From an uncultured Nitrososphaerota archaeon (GTDB lineage: Archaea > Thermoproteota > Nitrososphaeria > Nitrososphaerales > Gagatemarchaeaceae), in NCBI GenBank assembly GCA_963718895.1, contig CAVRAG010000008.1, positions 832,001-896,000 on the forward strand: a DNA stretch of 64,000 nucleotides, in the 5' to 3' direction. Shown in pieces: positions 1-11,374 of the stretch. The number at the start of each line of letters is the position of its first letter. Position 1 is the first letter of the stretch. Made by a program: the position numbers and the translations under genes. The notes beneath the pieces were generated by a model that had not been told where the DNA came from, ran no database searches, and worked only from the letters and a program-made list of their open reading frames with translations.

Positions 1-23
1 GTCGTCACCGGGGAGGAGGTCCC

Positions 24-1426
24 CTACCGTTGTGCCAGGTCGAAGAAACGAGCGTACGTCTCTATCCCCTTGAAGTATGACGGCAGGTGGAGCCCCTCGT
101 TCGGCGCGTGGATGCGGGCGTCCGCGAGTGCGCACCCGAGAAGCACGCTATTGACACCCAGGCGGTTCTTGAGCATCGTGACCACCGGGACGCTTCCTCC
201 CTCGAGCTCGAGGAACGGCTTGGCGCCGAATGACTCCTCCAGAGCCCTCGAAGCGGCCACGAGCTCTGCTGCGTCGCGCTGGACAATGGCGTAGGGCCCC
301 GAGGCGAGCCTCTTGATCTCCCAAGTGACCGTGGAAGGGGCGTTCTTCTCGAAGTACTCGTGGAACGAGGCCTCGATCTGCGCCGAATCCTGGTATGGGA
401 CCGTTCTCATGGACACCTTGGCCATGGCCGTGGCGGGCAGCACGGTCTTCGAGCCGGTCCCGGTGAACCCCGACAGCATCCCGTTGACCTCCAGCGTAGG
501 CCGAGCGCCGGCCCTCTCGGTAGGCGAGAACCCCACCTCCCCGTAGAGCAGTGTCACGCCGGCCGCGTTCCGCCACTGCTCGTCGGAAGGCCCGTGGCGG
601 ACCAGCTCCTCCCTCTCCTCCGGCGGGAGAGTCCGGACCTTGTCGTAGAAGCCCCTGAGAGTCACCCTGGCGTCCTCGTCGTGCAGCCCGGCCAGGAGCT
701 GGGAGAGCACGACCGCCGGGTTCGCTACGACACCTCCGTACCTCCCAGAATGGAGGTCGGACTGAGCGCCGCGCACCCAGACCTCGAAGTACTCGAGGCC
801 GCGGAGGCCGTAGACGATCGACGGCTTGTCCGCGCCCGCAATGGCCCCGTCGCAGTTGAGGCAGAAGGTGCAGGCCAGCTTCTCCCTGTTCTCCTCGATG
901 AACGAATCTAGGTGGGCGGAGCCTATCTCCTCCTCTCCCTCGAAGAAGAACTTGACGTTGACGGGTAGGCCGCCGGTCGTCGCGATCCACGCCTCTAGGG
1001 ACTTCATGAGGCCGTGGCCCTGTCCCTTCATGTCCGAGGACCCGCGGCGTAGATCTCATCGCCCCTGACCGTGGGAGTGAACGGCGGCGAGACCCACTCG
1101 TCTAGCGGGTCGACCGGCTGGACGTCATAGTGCCCATAGATCAGGATGGTGGGTCGGCCAGCGGGCGCCTTGAGCCACTCGCCGTAGACGACCGGGTGAC
1201 CTCCGGTCGGCATGACCTCGGTCCTCTCCAAGCCCATACGGTCGAGCCGCGCCTTGATCCAGCCGGCGGTCCGCTCGACGTCACCCTTTCGCTCGGGGAG
1301 GGTCGAGATGCTGGGCATCGAGAGGTACTCCTTGAGTTCGGAGAGATACCTGTCGTGGTTCTCCCTCACGTAGCCGATGACCGCCGCGATGGGGCCATCG
1401 CCGTTGCCGCTGTTGTGGGTCTCCAA
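24..1426 (-). CDS. M20/M25/M40 family metallopeptidase (dipeptidase), split by one frameshift near 1045
   Basis: Motifs YGHYDVQP, (RGSS)DMKGQ, FEGEEEIGS, DLHSG and IHAPNE are spread over ORFs 1028..1837 and 24..1031. Adding one C at about 1047 restores ARGSSDMKG. The TTG start at 1426 is inferred. Confidence 0.9.
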
Positions 1427-1650
1427 GCGCTCGCTTCCTTCGACCGCGCAGGCGAACCCGTTCAAAAGTCTTTGATTGAGGCCTCCTTTTTGCGCCCAGC
1501 TTCTGGAAGTGGAGCGCGTCGACTTGCAGGGGACGACTAGACTGATTTGCCCTCGAACTCGATCTTCACCGGAATGGGCTCCTTGAAGATGAACACGACC
1601 GGGCAGTTCGCCTCGGTCCTCCTCCGAGCGGCTTCCAGAGAAGGATCCAC

Positions 1651-2217
1651 CTAGGCGGGAACGAGCACGACGGGCACGCTCAGACCGGACATCGAGCTCA
1701 GCCTGAAGCCGCCCAATCCGAGCTTGGCCAGTAACGACTTTCTGGGGAGGGCAAGAACCACCATGAGGACCCGGGCGTCTCCCTGGCAGGCCCTTACAGC
1801 CTCGCCGAGGCTTCCCACGAAGGCGTAGCCCGTGCACTCCACGCCCTCCTCTTCGACCCTCCTCCGCAACCTCGCAATCGTACCGTCCCCGAGCGAGCTG
1901 AGGTACCTCGGGCCGTAGTCGCGTATCCCCTCCACCCTGGCGTACTCCGCGTATCCCTTGGGCACGACAGCTTCTCCGGTGACGTACATCAGGACCACCC
2001 TGGCGCCGTACGTCTTCGCCAGCTTGATCGAGTGCCCCAGGGCCGTCTCGGTCTCTGTCCGGCCGTCCACCGGGAGGACCAGGTCGCCTCCAGTGCCCCT
2101 TCCCCTCTGGGGGGAGAGACCCCTCCTGGCGTGGGGACGCATCTCGCCGGGTCGCTTATCGTCTCTGGCGCTCTCAAAGGGAGCTGGTTCGAACTCGATT
2201 TCCTGGACAGTTGACAT
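1651..2217 (-). CDS. Universal stress protein (Usp) family
   Basis: LVLPVDG...ALGHSIKLAKTYGARVVLMYV and C-terminal SVPVVLVP are typical of Usp. Confidence 0.8.
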   Translation of the reverse strand: MSTVQEIEFEPAPFESARDDKRPGEMRPHARRGLSPQRGRGTGGDLVLPVDGRTETETALGHSIKLAKTYGARVVLMYVTGEAVVPKGYAEYARVEGIRDYGPRYLSSLGDGTIARLRRRVEEEGVECTGYAFVGSLGEAVRACQGDARVLMVVLALPRKSLLAKLGLGGFRLSSMSGLSVPVVLVPA

Positions 2218-2562
2218 CTTCTCTCGACTTCCGCGCGGGCCCTCGCCGAGAGCAACATAAACCAGTCACACGGGAAATAGTAATAACATATGGTGCAGGT
2301 CTCATTCGCAGATAGACGCAGAGCCAGGGCGAGTGGCACGCGGCGGAAGCCCCCGGCAGACGATAGCCGAACCGCTGTCCACATCGTCCAACTCCAGGGA
2401 AGAGGGATGAGTCGGGAGTACGGCATGGCTGGTTCCGCCCCCGGCCTGACCGAGGGCATGCCAGCGTCCCGGGATTTACCCCGGTCCCTCCTTTCTCGAT
2501 CCCCCGTTTGCTAATGCCCGGTAATAACGGATAAATGACGGCCGTCCCGTGCTAAAAGGTTT

Positions 2563-3813
2563 GTGGACTCGACGAGGACGATTCCGTGCCGGGGTATCTA
2601 CGTGCGGACGGCATACTCCTTCGCCATCCCCGAGGTCCTGATCGCGGAGGACGGCGTCCGCAGCGAGTTCCACCAGGACAGCTTGCTGAAGAGGCTGCAC
2701 CAGAGCCAGCCCATCTCGGTGCAGTTTCAGGACTTCCAGATAGCAAAGCCGATCTACGACTTCAGCAGGCCCCGCCAGCAATACAACGAGCAGTTCTGGG
2801 GCTCCTTCTGGCCCCACACGAACGACGTCTACCCGATCCACTTCCCGTTCCAGGCGAGGTACGCCAAGTCAATGACGTGGCCGGTCGACGAGTCCCCGTC
2901 GCCGCTGCTGTCTCCCGAACCCCGCGCTCCCCTCGTCAAGTGCAGGTACTTCCCCTACGGGGCCGCTTCGATACACCTGACGCAGTACCTCGACTTTACG
3001 AGGCAGCCCACGGCGAGGGAGATCGTCGACCTGATGTACTCGCCGGTCATCTCAGGCTCGACCCGGACGACGCTGCCCGCGTTCTTCCAGAGCATACGGC
3101 AGAGCATCACCGGCCAGGTCGTGCGGAAGACCGAGAACTTCTATCAGCCGGACTGCCGTCCCCAGACCCTGGTCCTTCACCTGATGCCCGACGGCCCGTA
3201 CGACCCCGTCGCGGCGTGGCCCGACATGGCGACCCTGCTGGCGATGGAGAGGTACGACAACCCCGACCACGTCGCGCGGTACACGCAGCAGAACAGCGCG
3301 AATCAGGGAAGGGCCGGGCAGTACATCGCGTTCAGCCCGTACACGTGCCTCCTGGTCGCCCCGAACCTCGACAAGGGATGGAGGAGGAGACGGCTAAGGA
3401 ACCACGTCGGCAGCGTGGCGGAGCTGGTTGCGATACAGGAGTCGTACCTGGAGCAGCTGTACGGGACCTACAGGCAGAGGATGAGGAACACGACGAACAA
3501 GATGGGGTACCCGGGCGAGGAGCTGAGCGCCTTCTTCCACAACTACGGCGACAAGCTCGGAAAGGGCCTGGCAGGCCTCACGTGCGTCCTCGACCTGCAG
3601 AGCTCGCTCCAGCAGCAGTCCAAGCGCCGCTGGTACACATGGTACCAGTCTATTGCCGCGAGGATGGGCGACGACCTGAAGCAGTTCGACGACCTTCTCG
3701 CCCAGCTCAACGTGCAGAACAAGGCGGTCGGTGACGACCTCAGGAAGATCGTCTCGGGGCTCATCGACAAGGTCTCAGGACTGATATCGTCCCTCCCCCT
3801 GCCGGGCAAGTAG
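2563..3813 (+). CDS. Hypothetical 416-aa protein
   Basis: Long uninterrupted ORF with GC3-biased codons and an AT-rich promoter-like stretch upstream. No family recognised. Confidence 0.75.
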   Translation: MDSTRTIPCRGIYVRTAYSFAIPEVLIAEDGVRSEFHQDSLLKRLHQSQPISVQFQDFQIAKPIYDFSRPRQQYNEQFWGSFWPHTNDVYPIHFPFQARYAKSMTWPVDESPSPLLSPEPRAPLVKCRYFPYGAASIHLTQYLDFTRQPTAREIVDLMYSPVISGSTRTTLPAFFQSIRQSITGQVVRKTENFYQPDCRPQTLVLHLMPDGPYDPVAAWPDMATLLAMERYDNPDHVARYTQQNSANQGRAGQYIAFSPYTCLLVAPNLDKGWRRRRLRNHVGSVAELVAIQESYLEQLYGTYRQRMRNTTNKMGYPGEELSAFFHNYGDKLGKGLAGLTCVLDLQSSLQQQSKRRWYTWYQSIAARMGDDLKQFDDLLAQLNVQNKAVGDDLRKIVSGLIDKVSGLISSLPLPGK

Positions 3814-3836
3814 CGCCTATTTCTTCCGGTCTTTGA

Positions 3837-4259
3837 TCATGCAGCGAGGGGATCTGCGAGTATCACCCCTCGGCCGCGATATTCCAGCTTCCCGATTCGC
3901 AGGAGTTCTCGGTCATGGGTCAGCACTCGCTCGATTCCACCCTTCAAGTAGCACCCAAGGATCAGGGAGTCCCTTCCGCCCACGTCGAACTCCGAAGCCA
4001 GTTCCATCGAGTAGAGCGAAATTGCCTTGGTGGGGTTAGGGAATGCGGTTCGGCTATCCCTTACCAGTGTACCTAACTTCAGTCTTGAGTCTGCTGATGA
4101 AAAGCCTCGCTTGAACACAAGAGTATGGTAAACCTCATGCACAACCGTCGCGTTTACGGCCCATCTCTGTATGGAGAGGATTGAATCCTTAGGTTTCCCG
4201 TGTTCCTCGGTCGTCGGATCCAGCGCGTACACGACGATGCTGGGGTCGAGCCCGTTCAA
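3837..4259 (-). CDS. vapC: PIN-domain (VapC-like) toxin, possibly degenerate
   Basis: LDPSIVVYA, VVHEVY, RDSLI and LTHDREL form the PIN acidic motifs. Overlaps the upstream AbrB-like gene. Confidence 0.75.
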   Translation of the reverse strand: MNGLDPSIVVYALDPTTEEHGKPKDSILSIQRWAVNATVVHEVYHTLVFKRGFSSADSRLKLGTLVRDSRTAFPNPTKAISLYSMELASEFDVGGRDSLILGCYLKGGIERVLTHDRELLRIGKLEYRGRGVILADPLAA

Positions 4260-4496
4260 CTTGTCTTCCAGACCTCCTTGATTTCACGCTCGTTCACCGG
4301 CCTCTGTTTTCCTACCCTCCGGGGGTTTCATGACATCATCTCGCCCAGCGGGTCGCCGGTCTTCTCGATCTTCTTGACGAGAACGCTGTCCCCGTCTCCG
4401 GTGAAGGAGACCCTGCTCCCTTCTGTCAGCCCCAGCTGTTCAGCGACATCCCTGGGAAGCACGATCCTCCTCTTATCGTCTAGAACCGACGTCATG
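4256..4496 (-). pseudogene. AbrB/MazE-type antitoxin with an internal TGA at 4328-4330
   Basis: LDDKRRIVLPRDVAEQLGLTEGSRVSF. The frame continues past the TGA (NPRRVGKQRPVNEREIKEVWKTS*) to overlap the PIN start. Confidence 0.7.
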
Positions 4497-4598
4497 TCCC
4501 ACCATAATTGGAGGGACAGATCCAGATAAGGACTGCGAATGCCCAAGTCCCAAATCTATATCAAGATCGTCGCGCCGCTTTCCTGCGGGTCGACGACC

Positions 4599-5453
4599 TC
4601 ACACCTGGCCGATCAGCGTGCCACCCACCGTCTCGATGAATCTCTCCACTGCCCTCTCATCCGCATCCTGTGGAGGGACGAGGTTCAACCGATGGACGCC
4701 GAGGTCCGAGAACCGCTGAGCGGTCGCCTTGTCCACGGACACCCTGGGGGCTACGCTGATCTCGAGCTCCCCCAGCTCGGCGGGACGCGAATGCCTGCTC
4801 GCAGCATCTCGCAAGCCCGCGACGGCGCGCCTGGTATCCTCGAGGTCCAGCCCGAAGCCGAACCATCCGTTCCCCTGCCGCACGGCTCGACGGTAGGCCT
4901 CCTCTGAGAGTCCGCCTATCACGATCGGAGGGTTCGGCTGCTGCGCGGGTCGAGGGTTGGCCTGCAGGCCGTCGAAAGAGACGAACTTTCCGTGGTAGAC
5001 CGGCTTGTCCTGGCTCCAGAGGGCCTTCATCGCTCTCAGGTAGTCGTCGGCCCGGCTCCCGCGGTCGTGATAGGGAATCCCCAGCACCTCGTACTCGTGC
5101 TCCGACCAGCCGACCCCGATGCCCACCGTCAGCCGACCGCCAGCGAGGACATCGAGACTGGCGAGCTGCTTCGCCACGATCACCGGATTGAACTGCGGAA
5201 GCAGGAGGATGCCGGTGCCGAGCCGGACGGTCCGGGTGTGGGCCGCGATGAAGGTGAGCGCCACTATCGGGTCGAGCATCCGCAGGCTCGGCGGCATGCG
5301 CGTCTGTTTCTCTGAGAGGAAGGGGTGGCCGCCCGCCCAGATGGAATCGAAGCCGGCCTTCTCAGCGGCCTGGGCGAGCCGGGCCATCCGTTCAGGGTAG
5401 CTGTTGTAGCCGGAGTTTACAGAAGTCAGCCCGAATTTCATGTGGGTGGTCAT
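4599..5453 (-). CDS. LLM-class F420-dependent oxidoreductase
   Basis: AEKAGFDSIW, DPIVALTFIAAHTRTVRLGTGILLLP, AKQLASLDVLAGGR, PPIVIGG. Confidence 0.92.
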   Translation of the reverse strand: MTTHMKFGLTSVNSGYNSYPERMARLAQAAEKAGFDSIWAGGHPFLSEKQTRMPPSLRMLDPIVALTFIAAHTRTVRLGTGILLLPQFNPVIVAKQLASLDVLAGGRLTVGIGVGWSEHEYEVLGIPYHDRGSRADDYLRAMKALWSQDKPVYHGKFVSFDGLQANPRPAQQPNPPIVIGGLSEEAYRRAVRQGNGWFGFGLDLEDTRRAVAGLRDAASRHSRPAELGELEISVAPRVSVDKATAQRFSDLGVHRLNLVPPQDADERAVERFIETVGGTLIGQV

Positions 5454-5621
5454 ATCGATCCTCTAGGAGAGGACGAGTGTCCGGCATAGTCGGTTATAAG
5501 CTCGGCTCGCTTTTGGCTGTAATCGACAAACATTCAGACCTTCAGCTTGGTTGCGATGACCGGCTGTGGCGTGACGGCGGCCGGTCAACCGTTAAATCCC
5601 TCCCGGGCTTGAAGATGGGCA

Positions 5622-7225
5622 TTGGAAGCCCCGGGTCGTAGCCTCAGCGCCGGCGCGCCGCCCATCCTTCATCTGGGCGGAGACGAGGAGGGGCCTTTCG
5701 ACGTGGACGCCAACGTGATCGCGACGGGGCGGACCTGCGTGATCGGGGCCTCGGGGTCGGGAAAGAGCTACGCGGTCGGGGTGATCTGCGAGGAGCTCTG
5801 CAAGAGCGGAGTGCCCTTCGCTCTCGTGGACACCGAGGGCGAGCACTCCGGGCTCAAGGAGAAGTACGACATGCTCCTGGTCGGCGACGGACAGGGGTGC
5901 GACCTCAGGTGGTCGAGCCTCGATCTCAGTGATCTGGGCCGTCAGGCGCCCGACCTCGCCCCGCTAATCCTGGACCTCTCCGAGACGGACGAGCCCAGGC
6001 AGAAGGTCTCGGACCTGCTCTCGAGCGTGTACGCGGAGGTCGAGAAGAGGAGGACGCCCTACCTGATCGTGGTCGAGGAGGCCGACAGGTTCGTCCCGCA
6101 GAACGGCGAGAGGGTCGCGATCTTCGGCGAGATAGCCAGGAGGGGGAGGAAGCGCGGCGTCGGGCTAATGGTCTGCACCCAGCGGCCCTCGCTCGTCGAC
6201 AAGAACATACTGAGCCAGTGCGGGAACCAGCTCATCGGGAAGCTCGTCATAAGGAACGACCTGCAGGCCGTGAGCCAGTTCTTTCACGGCCGTGACCTCC
6301 CCAAGGAGCTCACCGCGCTCTCGGCAGGAAGGTTCTACGCCATGGGAGGGCTCTCCCCGCGGCCGAGGCTCGTCACGATAAGGGAGAAGGAGACCCACTA
6401 CCGAGGGGGGACCCCGAGGATCGTCCCGCGGGTCGTGAGGGCGTTCAGACCTTCTGGCGTCGCGCCATGGCGGGACGGCTTTGGAATCCGCCCCCGCTGG
6501 GCCCGTCCGGGGGCCATCCCTCGTCGGGTTCAGCCCCACGTTCGGGCTCGAGGACATCCCCTCCATGGTCAGGCGCGACAAGGCGTTCATCTTCTTCGGC
6601 GGCAAGGAGACCGTCGCCAGCGCTCGGCTGGTCCTCCGGCCGATGGTCGAGCTCGGCGTCGCCGTCAGGACAGGGGTCCTCAGGAAGAGGGTCGGGCTGA
6701 GGTACCTCCTGCTCGACGGGCCGACGGGCAGGTTCGTCGAGCTCTGGGACGCTCCCGTCGGCCCGCGACGGGTTGCAGGGCCTAATCGGGCTGACCGCGG
6801 AGCAGGTCGAGGTCCTCCGGGAGACCAGCACCGACAGGGACAGGGGGGCCCTGGAGATAGCCAGCAAGGTCGGCGTCTCGGTCCAGACGCTCAGGCGCGA
6901 GATGAGGGTCCTGGAGGGGAGGAGGCTCGTCAGGTCGGTCCAGGCGGGCAGGTCACACCTCTACAGGCGCGTCTACGACTTCCCCGAGCTCGCATGGCAC
7001 GACTCGGAGCAGGCACTCGAGCCGGTCGACGCGCCCGGGACCGCGGAGGCGAGCGTCCTCGCCGAGGAGAAGCTCCGGGAGCTGATCAAGGGCCTCGTTC
7101 CGCACTCCGAGGTCCAGGCGTACAGGGAGTTCGTCTATCCGCTCTACCGCGTCGAGATGGTCCTCAAGAGGAAGAAGAGGATTGTCTGGCTCGACGGCCG
7201 CACGGGGAAGGAAGTCGGTCCCTAG
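5622..7225 (+). CDS. HerA/DUF87-like ATPase with C-terminal winged-helix region (two frameshifts, near 6475 and 6760)
   Basis: GASGSGKS Walker A, VDTEGEH, VEEADRFVP, RGRKRGVG, TQRPS. Continues through ORFs 6481 and 6773 (HTH-like EIASKVGVSVQTLRREMRVLEGRRLV). Confidence 0.85.
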
Positions 7226-7250
7226 GGACGCACGAATTTGCGCGGAGCTT

Positions 7251-8678
7251 CTATCCTGTCGTGCTAGGCTCTTCGGCCATCCTAGCCTTTGATATCACGG
7301 GTCTGAACTTGGCCCTGAAATCTGTCCTCCCGCTATCTGAGACCTCTATCTCCGCATCCTCGCCCAGAACCCTGCGGCACCTGGCAACGAGCTCTTCTTT
7401 GGCCACGTCAGGCTCACCCTTTCTCTTCATCAGCTGTATCCTGAACTGGCCCATGGTCTCCTGCACCGCCTGGTATCTTGACACCCCGGGAGATCCTTGT
7501 ACTGCAGTCATGATGGTCCTCGGGGTGACCAGCCGACCGCCAGGGAGGGCAAAGCAGTCAGACATCCTTCCCTCGATGGACTTCAACAGGGGTAGGCCTC
7601 GCCCGCAAGAGCAGTACTTGTCGTCGAGGACACCGATGTCCCCTACCCTGTATCTTATCAGGGGCATGGCGTAGTTCAGGAGATTTGTGACGACGATCTC
7701 TCCCCTCTCGCCAGCCGAGATCCGTTCGCCTCCCCTCACCACCTCCATGATGAGCATATCCGCATCGATATGGTAGCCCTCCCTTTTCGTGCACTCCCAA
7801 GCCCCATTCCCAAAATCCCAGGAGGAGTACTCGTCGAAGACCCTGCACTTGAACGACGACTCGAGGTATCGCCTCGTCTCGCCGTCGGTGAGCTCCCCTT
7901 CGGTCCTCACGACCTTGTCGGCGAGGCTTTCGATTCCCCTGTCAGCCATCGCCTCCGCAAGCAGCCTGAGATAGGATGGAGAACCGCGGACGAGCTTCGG
8001 ATCGAACTTCAGCATGTGGGTCAACACCTGGTTCGCATCATCGAACAGAGGGATGCTCCTCCTTCTATCGTGCAGCAGACGGACTATCGGCCCCAGACTC
8101 TCTCTCCCGCGGGATAATCTCCTCCCTTCCGCCGGCTCCCTGGTTCGGTCTTGATCTCTCTTGGGGGGCGCGCCGAATTCTATCACCAGGACCTTCCGCC
8201 AGGGTTCGACCCCGATCGCCCACTGCTTCCTGAATATCCAGGCGGCCTGACAGTAGTCCCAGAACCTCTTGTCGTAGAACACGGGCATCGGGCCGCCGCT
8301 TGTCCCGGAGGTCGAGGCCCGGATGCAGTTCCGGAGATCGAATCCCCTGGCTATGCTCCGGTGGGGTATGCCGTCCCGGACCTCCTGCTTCGTCGTGAAG
8401 GGAAGCTTCTGGAGGTCCTCCAGCGACCTGATGTCTTCCGGCTTGATCCCTTGGGCGTCGAACTTTTCCTTGTAGAGAGGCACGGCATTGTACGCGTGGC
8501 TGATTATCTCCCTCAGCCTCTTCTCTTGAAGCCGTCTGAGCTCGCCGGGCCGGAGCCACTGGTTTCTTGACAGCTCGTAGCAGTACCAGACGACCCGGCG
8601 GAGCATCCGGCGCGGCGATTTCAGCCGCGGATATAACGACTCGCCAGAGCCGGCCTTTGGGAGGTGCGCACGTACCAC
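7251..8678 (-). CDS. Phenylacetate-CoA ligase-like (PaaK/CapK) adenylate-forming enzyme
   Basis: LQKLPFTTK, STSGTSGGP, GEIVVTNLLNYAMPLIRYRVGD, IEGR. Confidence 0.9.
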   Translation of the reverse strand: MVRAHLPKAGSGESLYPRLKSPRRMLRRVVWYCYELSRNQWLRPGELRRLQEKRLREIISHAYNAVPLYKEKFDAQGIKPEDIRSLEDLQKLPFTTKQEVRDGIPHRSIARGFDLRNCIRASTSGTSGGPMPVFYDKRFWDYCQAAWIFRKQWAIGVEPWRKVLVIEFGAPPKRDQDRTREPAEGRRLSRGRESLGPIVRLLHDRRRSIPLFDDANQVLTHMLKFDPKLVRGSPSYLRLLAEAMADRGIESLADKVVRTEGELTDGETRRYLESSFKCRVFDEYSSWDFGNGAWECTKREGYHIDADMLIMEVVRGGERISAGERGEIVVTNLLNYAMPLIRYRVGDIGVLDDKYCSCGRGLPLLKSIEGRMSDCFALPGGRLVTPRTIMTAVQGSPGVSRYQAVQETMGQFRIQLMKRKGEPDVAKEELVARCRRVLGEDAEIEVSDSGRTDFRAKFRPVISKARMAEEPSTTG

Positions 8679-8724
8679 CGTTGGACCCTTGGCGCTCGGT
8701 CAGGTCGAATGGAGGACCTCGAAG

Positions 8725-8870
8725 ATCAGCGTGGCCGATTTCAGTCAGTGCCATCAGCCAGCTCGACAGCAGCAGTATCAGTGGGCACGATTCCGAGCTT
8801 GTTGGCCGTAGATTCATCTATCTTCGTGAGAGTCGAACCCGTGTCAGCCAACATCCCCACCTCGGCGCCA
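8725..8870 (-). pseudogene. Remnant of a clan AA aspartyl protease gene, paralog of 62812..63165
   Basis: Hand translation AEVGMLADTGSTLTKIDESTANKLGIVPTDTAAVELADGT aligns with DVEMLVDTGALYTKLSPSLARELGITPNEVIKVSLADGT. Confidence 0.7.
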
Positions 8871-8946
8871 CCCAAGGTCCAACGAAGATGTCGATGACGG
8901 GAGCCTTATTAGGAATTCATCTAGAGAAGCTACTAGAGACGATAGA

Positions 8947-9435
8947 ATGTCAGGCGACAAACTCCCGCTCGCCATATCAATCTTCAACGAGGTTCAAGAT
9001 CAATCCAGTGCCGTCTACCACCTTCTTATGGAACTTGAATCCAATGTGAAAGGGAGGAGCCTCACCGTCGAAGAGGCCACGCGGGCCCTTGACTGTGTTG
9101 CGGGATTTCAAAAGCTCTTGGAATCGAAAGAACTTGATCTTGCGGCCTACAAGGGAGCCGAGCATTTCGAGGCAGCTTCAGCGACGCTTCATACTATGCT
9201 AGAGATAGCGCGAACAGAGAGCGTCTACGTCGGAGGTAGGGTAGGAAGAGGACTCACTCCTGAAGCGAGGCTATTGCTTGAAGCATGCAAGAACGCCAAT
9301 CGCGACGACCAGTCTTTCCACATGGACACGCTCGTAACCATTTCTTGGGAAGTGAAAAGTCACTTTGTCGACTTGGCCATGAATCTGATACCGCTCGCTG
9401 GAGAAGGCAACAGGTTAGGTCTGGCCAGGTCGTGA
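8947..9435 (+). CDS. Hypothetical protein, lower GC
   Basis: 162-aa ORF predicted to be helical. No family recognised. Confidence 0.55.
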   Translation: MSGDKLPLAISIFNEVQDQSSAVYHLLMELESNVKGRSLTVEEATRALDCVAGFQKLLESKELDLAAYKGAEHFEAASATLHTMLEIARTESVYVGGRVGRGLTPEARLLLEACKNANRDDQSFHMDTLVTISWEVKSHFVDLAMNLIPLAGEGNRLGLARS

Positions 9436-9700
9436 CCCAGCGCCCAAGGTCGGTTTTCGACTGATCGTGGGTTCTGCTTCTTCAGACAGTCCTTCAAGTG
9501 ACGGGAAGGCGCGGCTCCGAGACATGGGCGACCAGCTGGGCCATCGGCCGCTGGGAGCCCTCCCTCTTGAAGCGGTAGCCGAAACCTGGGATGCGTGCCA
9601 TGCCCGCGCCGTACGCTAGGGACGAGTGCTTGAGTGTGAACGACGTCCCCGGCTCGATTGCACGCGCTGGTCCAGACGTCGCAGCTGGCGCTGCGGTCGA

Positions 9701-9972
9701 CTACGCGAGCGACAGTTTGACCTTGAGCTCCAGTACCTCGTTGAGAGCCTCGATTTCCTCCGAGAGGGTCTCCGGACTGCGGTCCCCTGCCCTTGGTATT
9801 CTGGTCAGGAGCTTCTCTTCGAGCGCGCCGAGGACTTCCCTGACTTCCCTTGCTTTCGCTTGATCCGCGCATCGATCACCCTGTCGGCCCACTCGCTTCT
9901 CTTCTTGGGGTCGTCGAGCACGCGTTTTTCGAACGCCTTCCAGTCCTCTTCGGTGTACTCGTCATCCATCAT
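9701..9972 (-). CDS. Small charged helical hypothetical protein (frameshift near 9860)
   Basis: MMDDEYTEEDWKAFEKRVLDD... joins AKAREVREVLGALEEKLL.... TATA-like TTATAT about 25 nt upstream. Confidence 0.5.
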
Positions 9973-10602
9973 TCGCACCGAATGCTGTCGCGATGATATA
10001 AGCACCATGGGCCTCTAGGATCTTGAGAGGCGGCTTTCATTGGCGGTCAAGAGCACCGATGAACTTCTGCTTAGTTACTTGAAGCGCCGAATGAACCTCG
10101 AAGGGACGTCGTAGGCGTCCGGGAGAATTGTTCTAGACTTAACGCTGAGTCCGTCGACTCGGCCGGTGAGACTGGAGATGTGGCGAACGAGGACGATTTT
10201 AGATTCACAGTATGATCTCACCCTTCATCATGAATACATGCGGGGGTCACGCTCTCAAGTCAAACAGGATGAGTGGATCGAGTTCGCCAAGACTCATCTT
10301 TCCTGCTGCGGTGCTGACGCCGCTCGTGATTATGCTGTTTCATGGCGACGCCCTTCCCACCACCTCCACCGGTACCGCAATTCCCTCTCGGCGGAGCCCT
10401 GCTGGTAGCGCTCGCTTTTCCCCTGGTACTGCTTCTGAGAAGAAGCAAGTTGCGGCAGATTTGATGACTCGGCCTATCCCAGGACTATCCTCCGATAGAG
10501 CATGACCGAGCAGGCCAGCTGGACGAGCGCAAGTTAGTTCTCCGCCTTCTCCCATCCTAGCTTGGGATTCCCGGCTGTGTCATGGAGCCGTACGCGCGCC
10601 TG

Positions 10603-11289
10603 TTAGGTATCGTCGCTCTTCGGACTTCTGAAGAACGTTGCGTTGATGAGAATCGTCCCTATCAGGGGGATCCACCACAGAGCGAACCGGAGGGGGACAT
10701 GGTCGTATGACCAGTCCCAGGCCTGCGGCAGGACGGTGAACAGGAACAGGACCGCGAAGAAGGCGTTCGCTTTAGCCGCGAGCCTCGCCTTGCGCAGGTA
10801 TCCCCGGGGGATGAGGTGCTTCTCTTCGACCGAGAGGTTGTAGCTGAAGAAGCCGAGTATCCCCGCGACCCCGGCCAGGACCAATCCGTAGAGCTGCGAG
10901 GAATAGTCGACCAGCGGCGTGGGCGCGGGGATGGGGAGCGGCGGGCTCTTGAACTGCACCCCGTTGATGAGATAGGACATCAGGATTATCAGGAGGAGCA
11001 GGAAGGCGTTCGCGAAGACCATCTTGCCCGTCTCCACGGGCATCCTGGACATGACCATCGTGTACTGGAGCCAGACCGCGATGAGGACGACGAAGTTGAA
11101 GATGAAGGCGATCAGGCGCGGGGTCAGCTCGTCTGGGGTCGTGGGGGGCTGGGCGACGAGGGACAACGCGCCGACGGACAGGGCAAGCCCGAACATCAGG
11201 TCGGAGAGCGACTCGATGCGCCTCCTCGAGATGGGGCCCTGGGGCTTCCCTCCATCCTCTTCCTTCTGGTCTCTTTCGTCGTCGGGCAA
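10603..11289 (-). CDS. TMEM175/DUF1211 family membrane protein (putative K+ channel)
   Basis: RRIESLSDLMFGLAL resembles the TMEM175 RxxxFSD motif. Multiple transmembrane segments. Confidence 0.8.
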   Translation of the reverse strand: MPDDERDQKEEDGGKPQGPISRRRIESLSDLMFGLALSVGALSLVAQPPTTPDELTPRLIAFIFNFVVLIAVWLQYTMVMSRMPVETGKMVFANAFLLLLIILMSYLINGVQFKSPPLPIPAPTPLVDYSSQLYGLVLAGVAGILGFFSYNLSVEEKHLIPRGYLRKARLAAKANAFFAVLFLFTVLPQAWDWSYDHVPLRFALWWIPLIGTILINATFFRSPKSDDT

Positions 11290-11324
11290 AGAGCAAGACA
11301 GGGCATCAGGGCGCGCCCAGATTT

Positions 11325-11374
11325 AAGGTGCTTGTGACTGGTCGAACGCGGGTCTCTTCGCAGTTCCCGCCGAG
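11325..11374 (-). repeat. Repeat family B copy (degenerate ENGEEIHIQPITGT gene tail)
   Basis: Encodes GNCEETRVRPVTST. Shares GTCTCTTCGCAGTTC with 16048. Confidence 0.55.

Noticed and set aside
4328-4330. TGA recoding (in-frame TGA in the AbrB-like gene, and TGA versus TGG in repeat family C)
   Set aside because: Many clear genes here terminate at TGA. Point mutation or error is more likely.
10020-10560. Short ORFs in a lower-GC intergenic stretch
   Set aside because: No recognisable motif or consistent coding signal.
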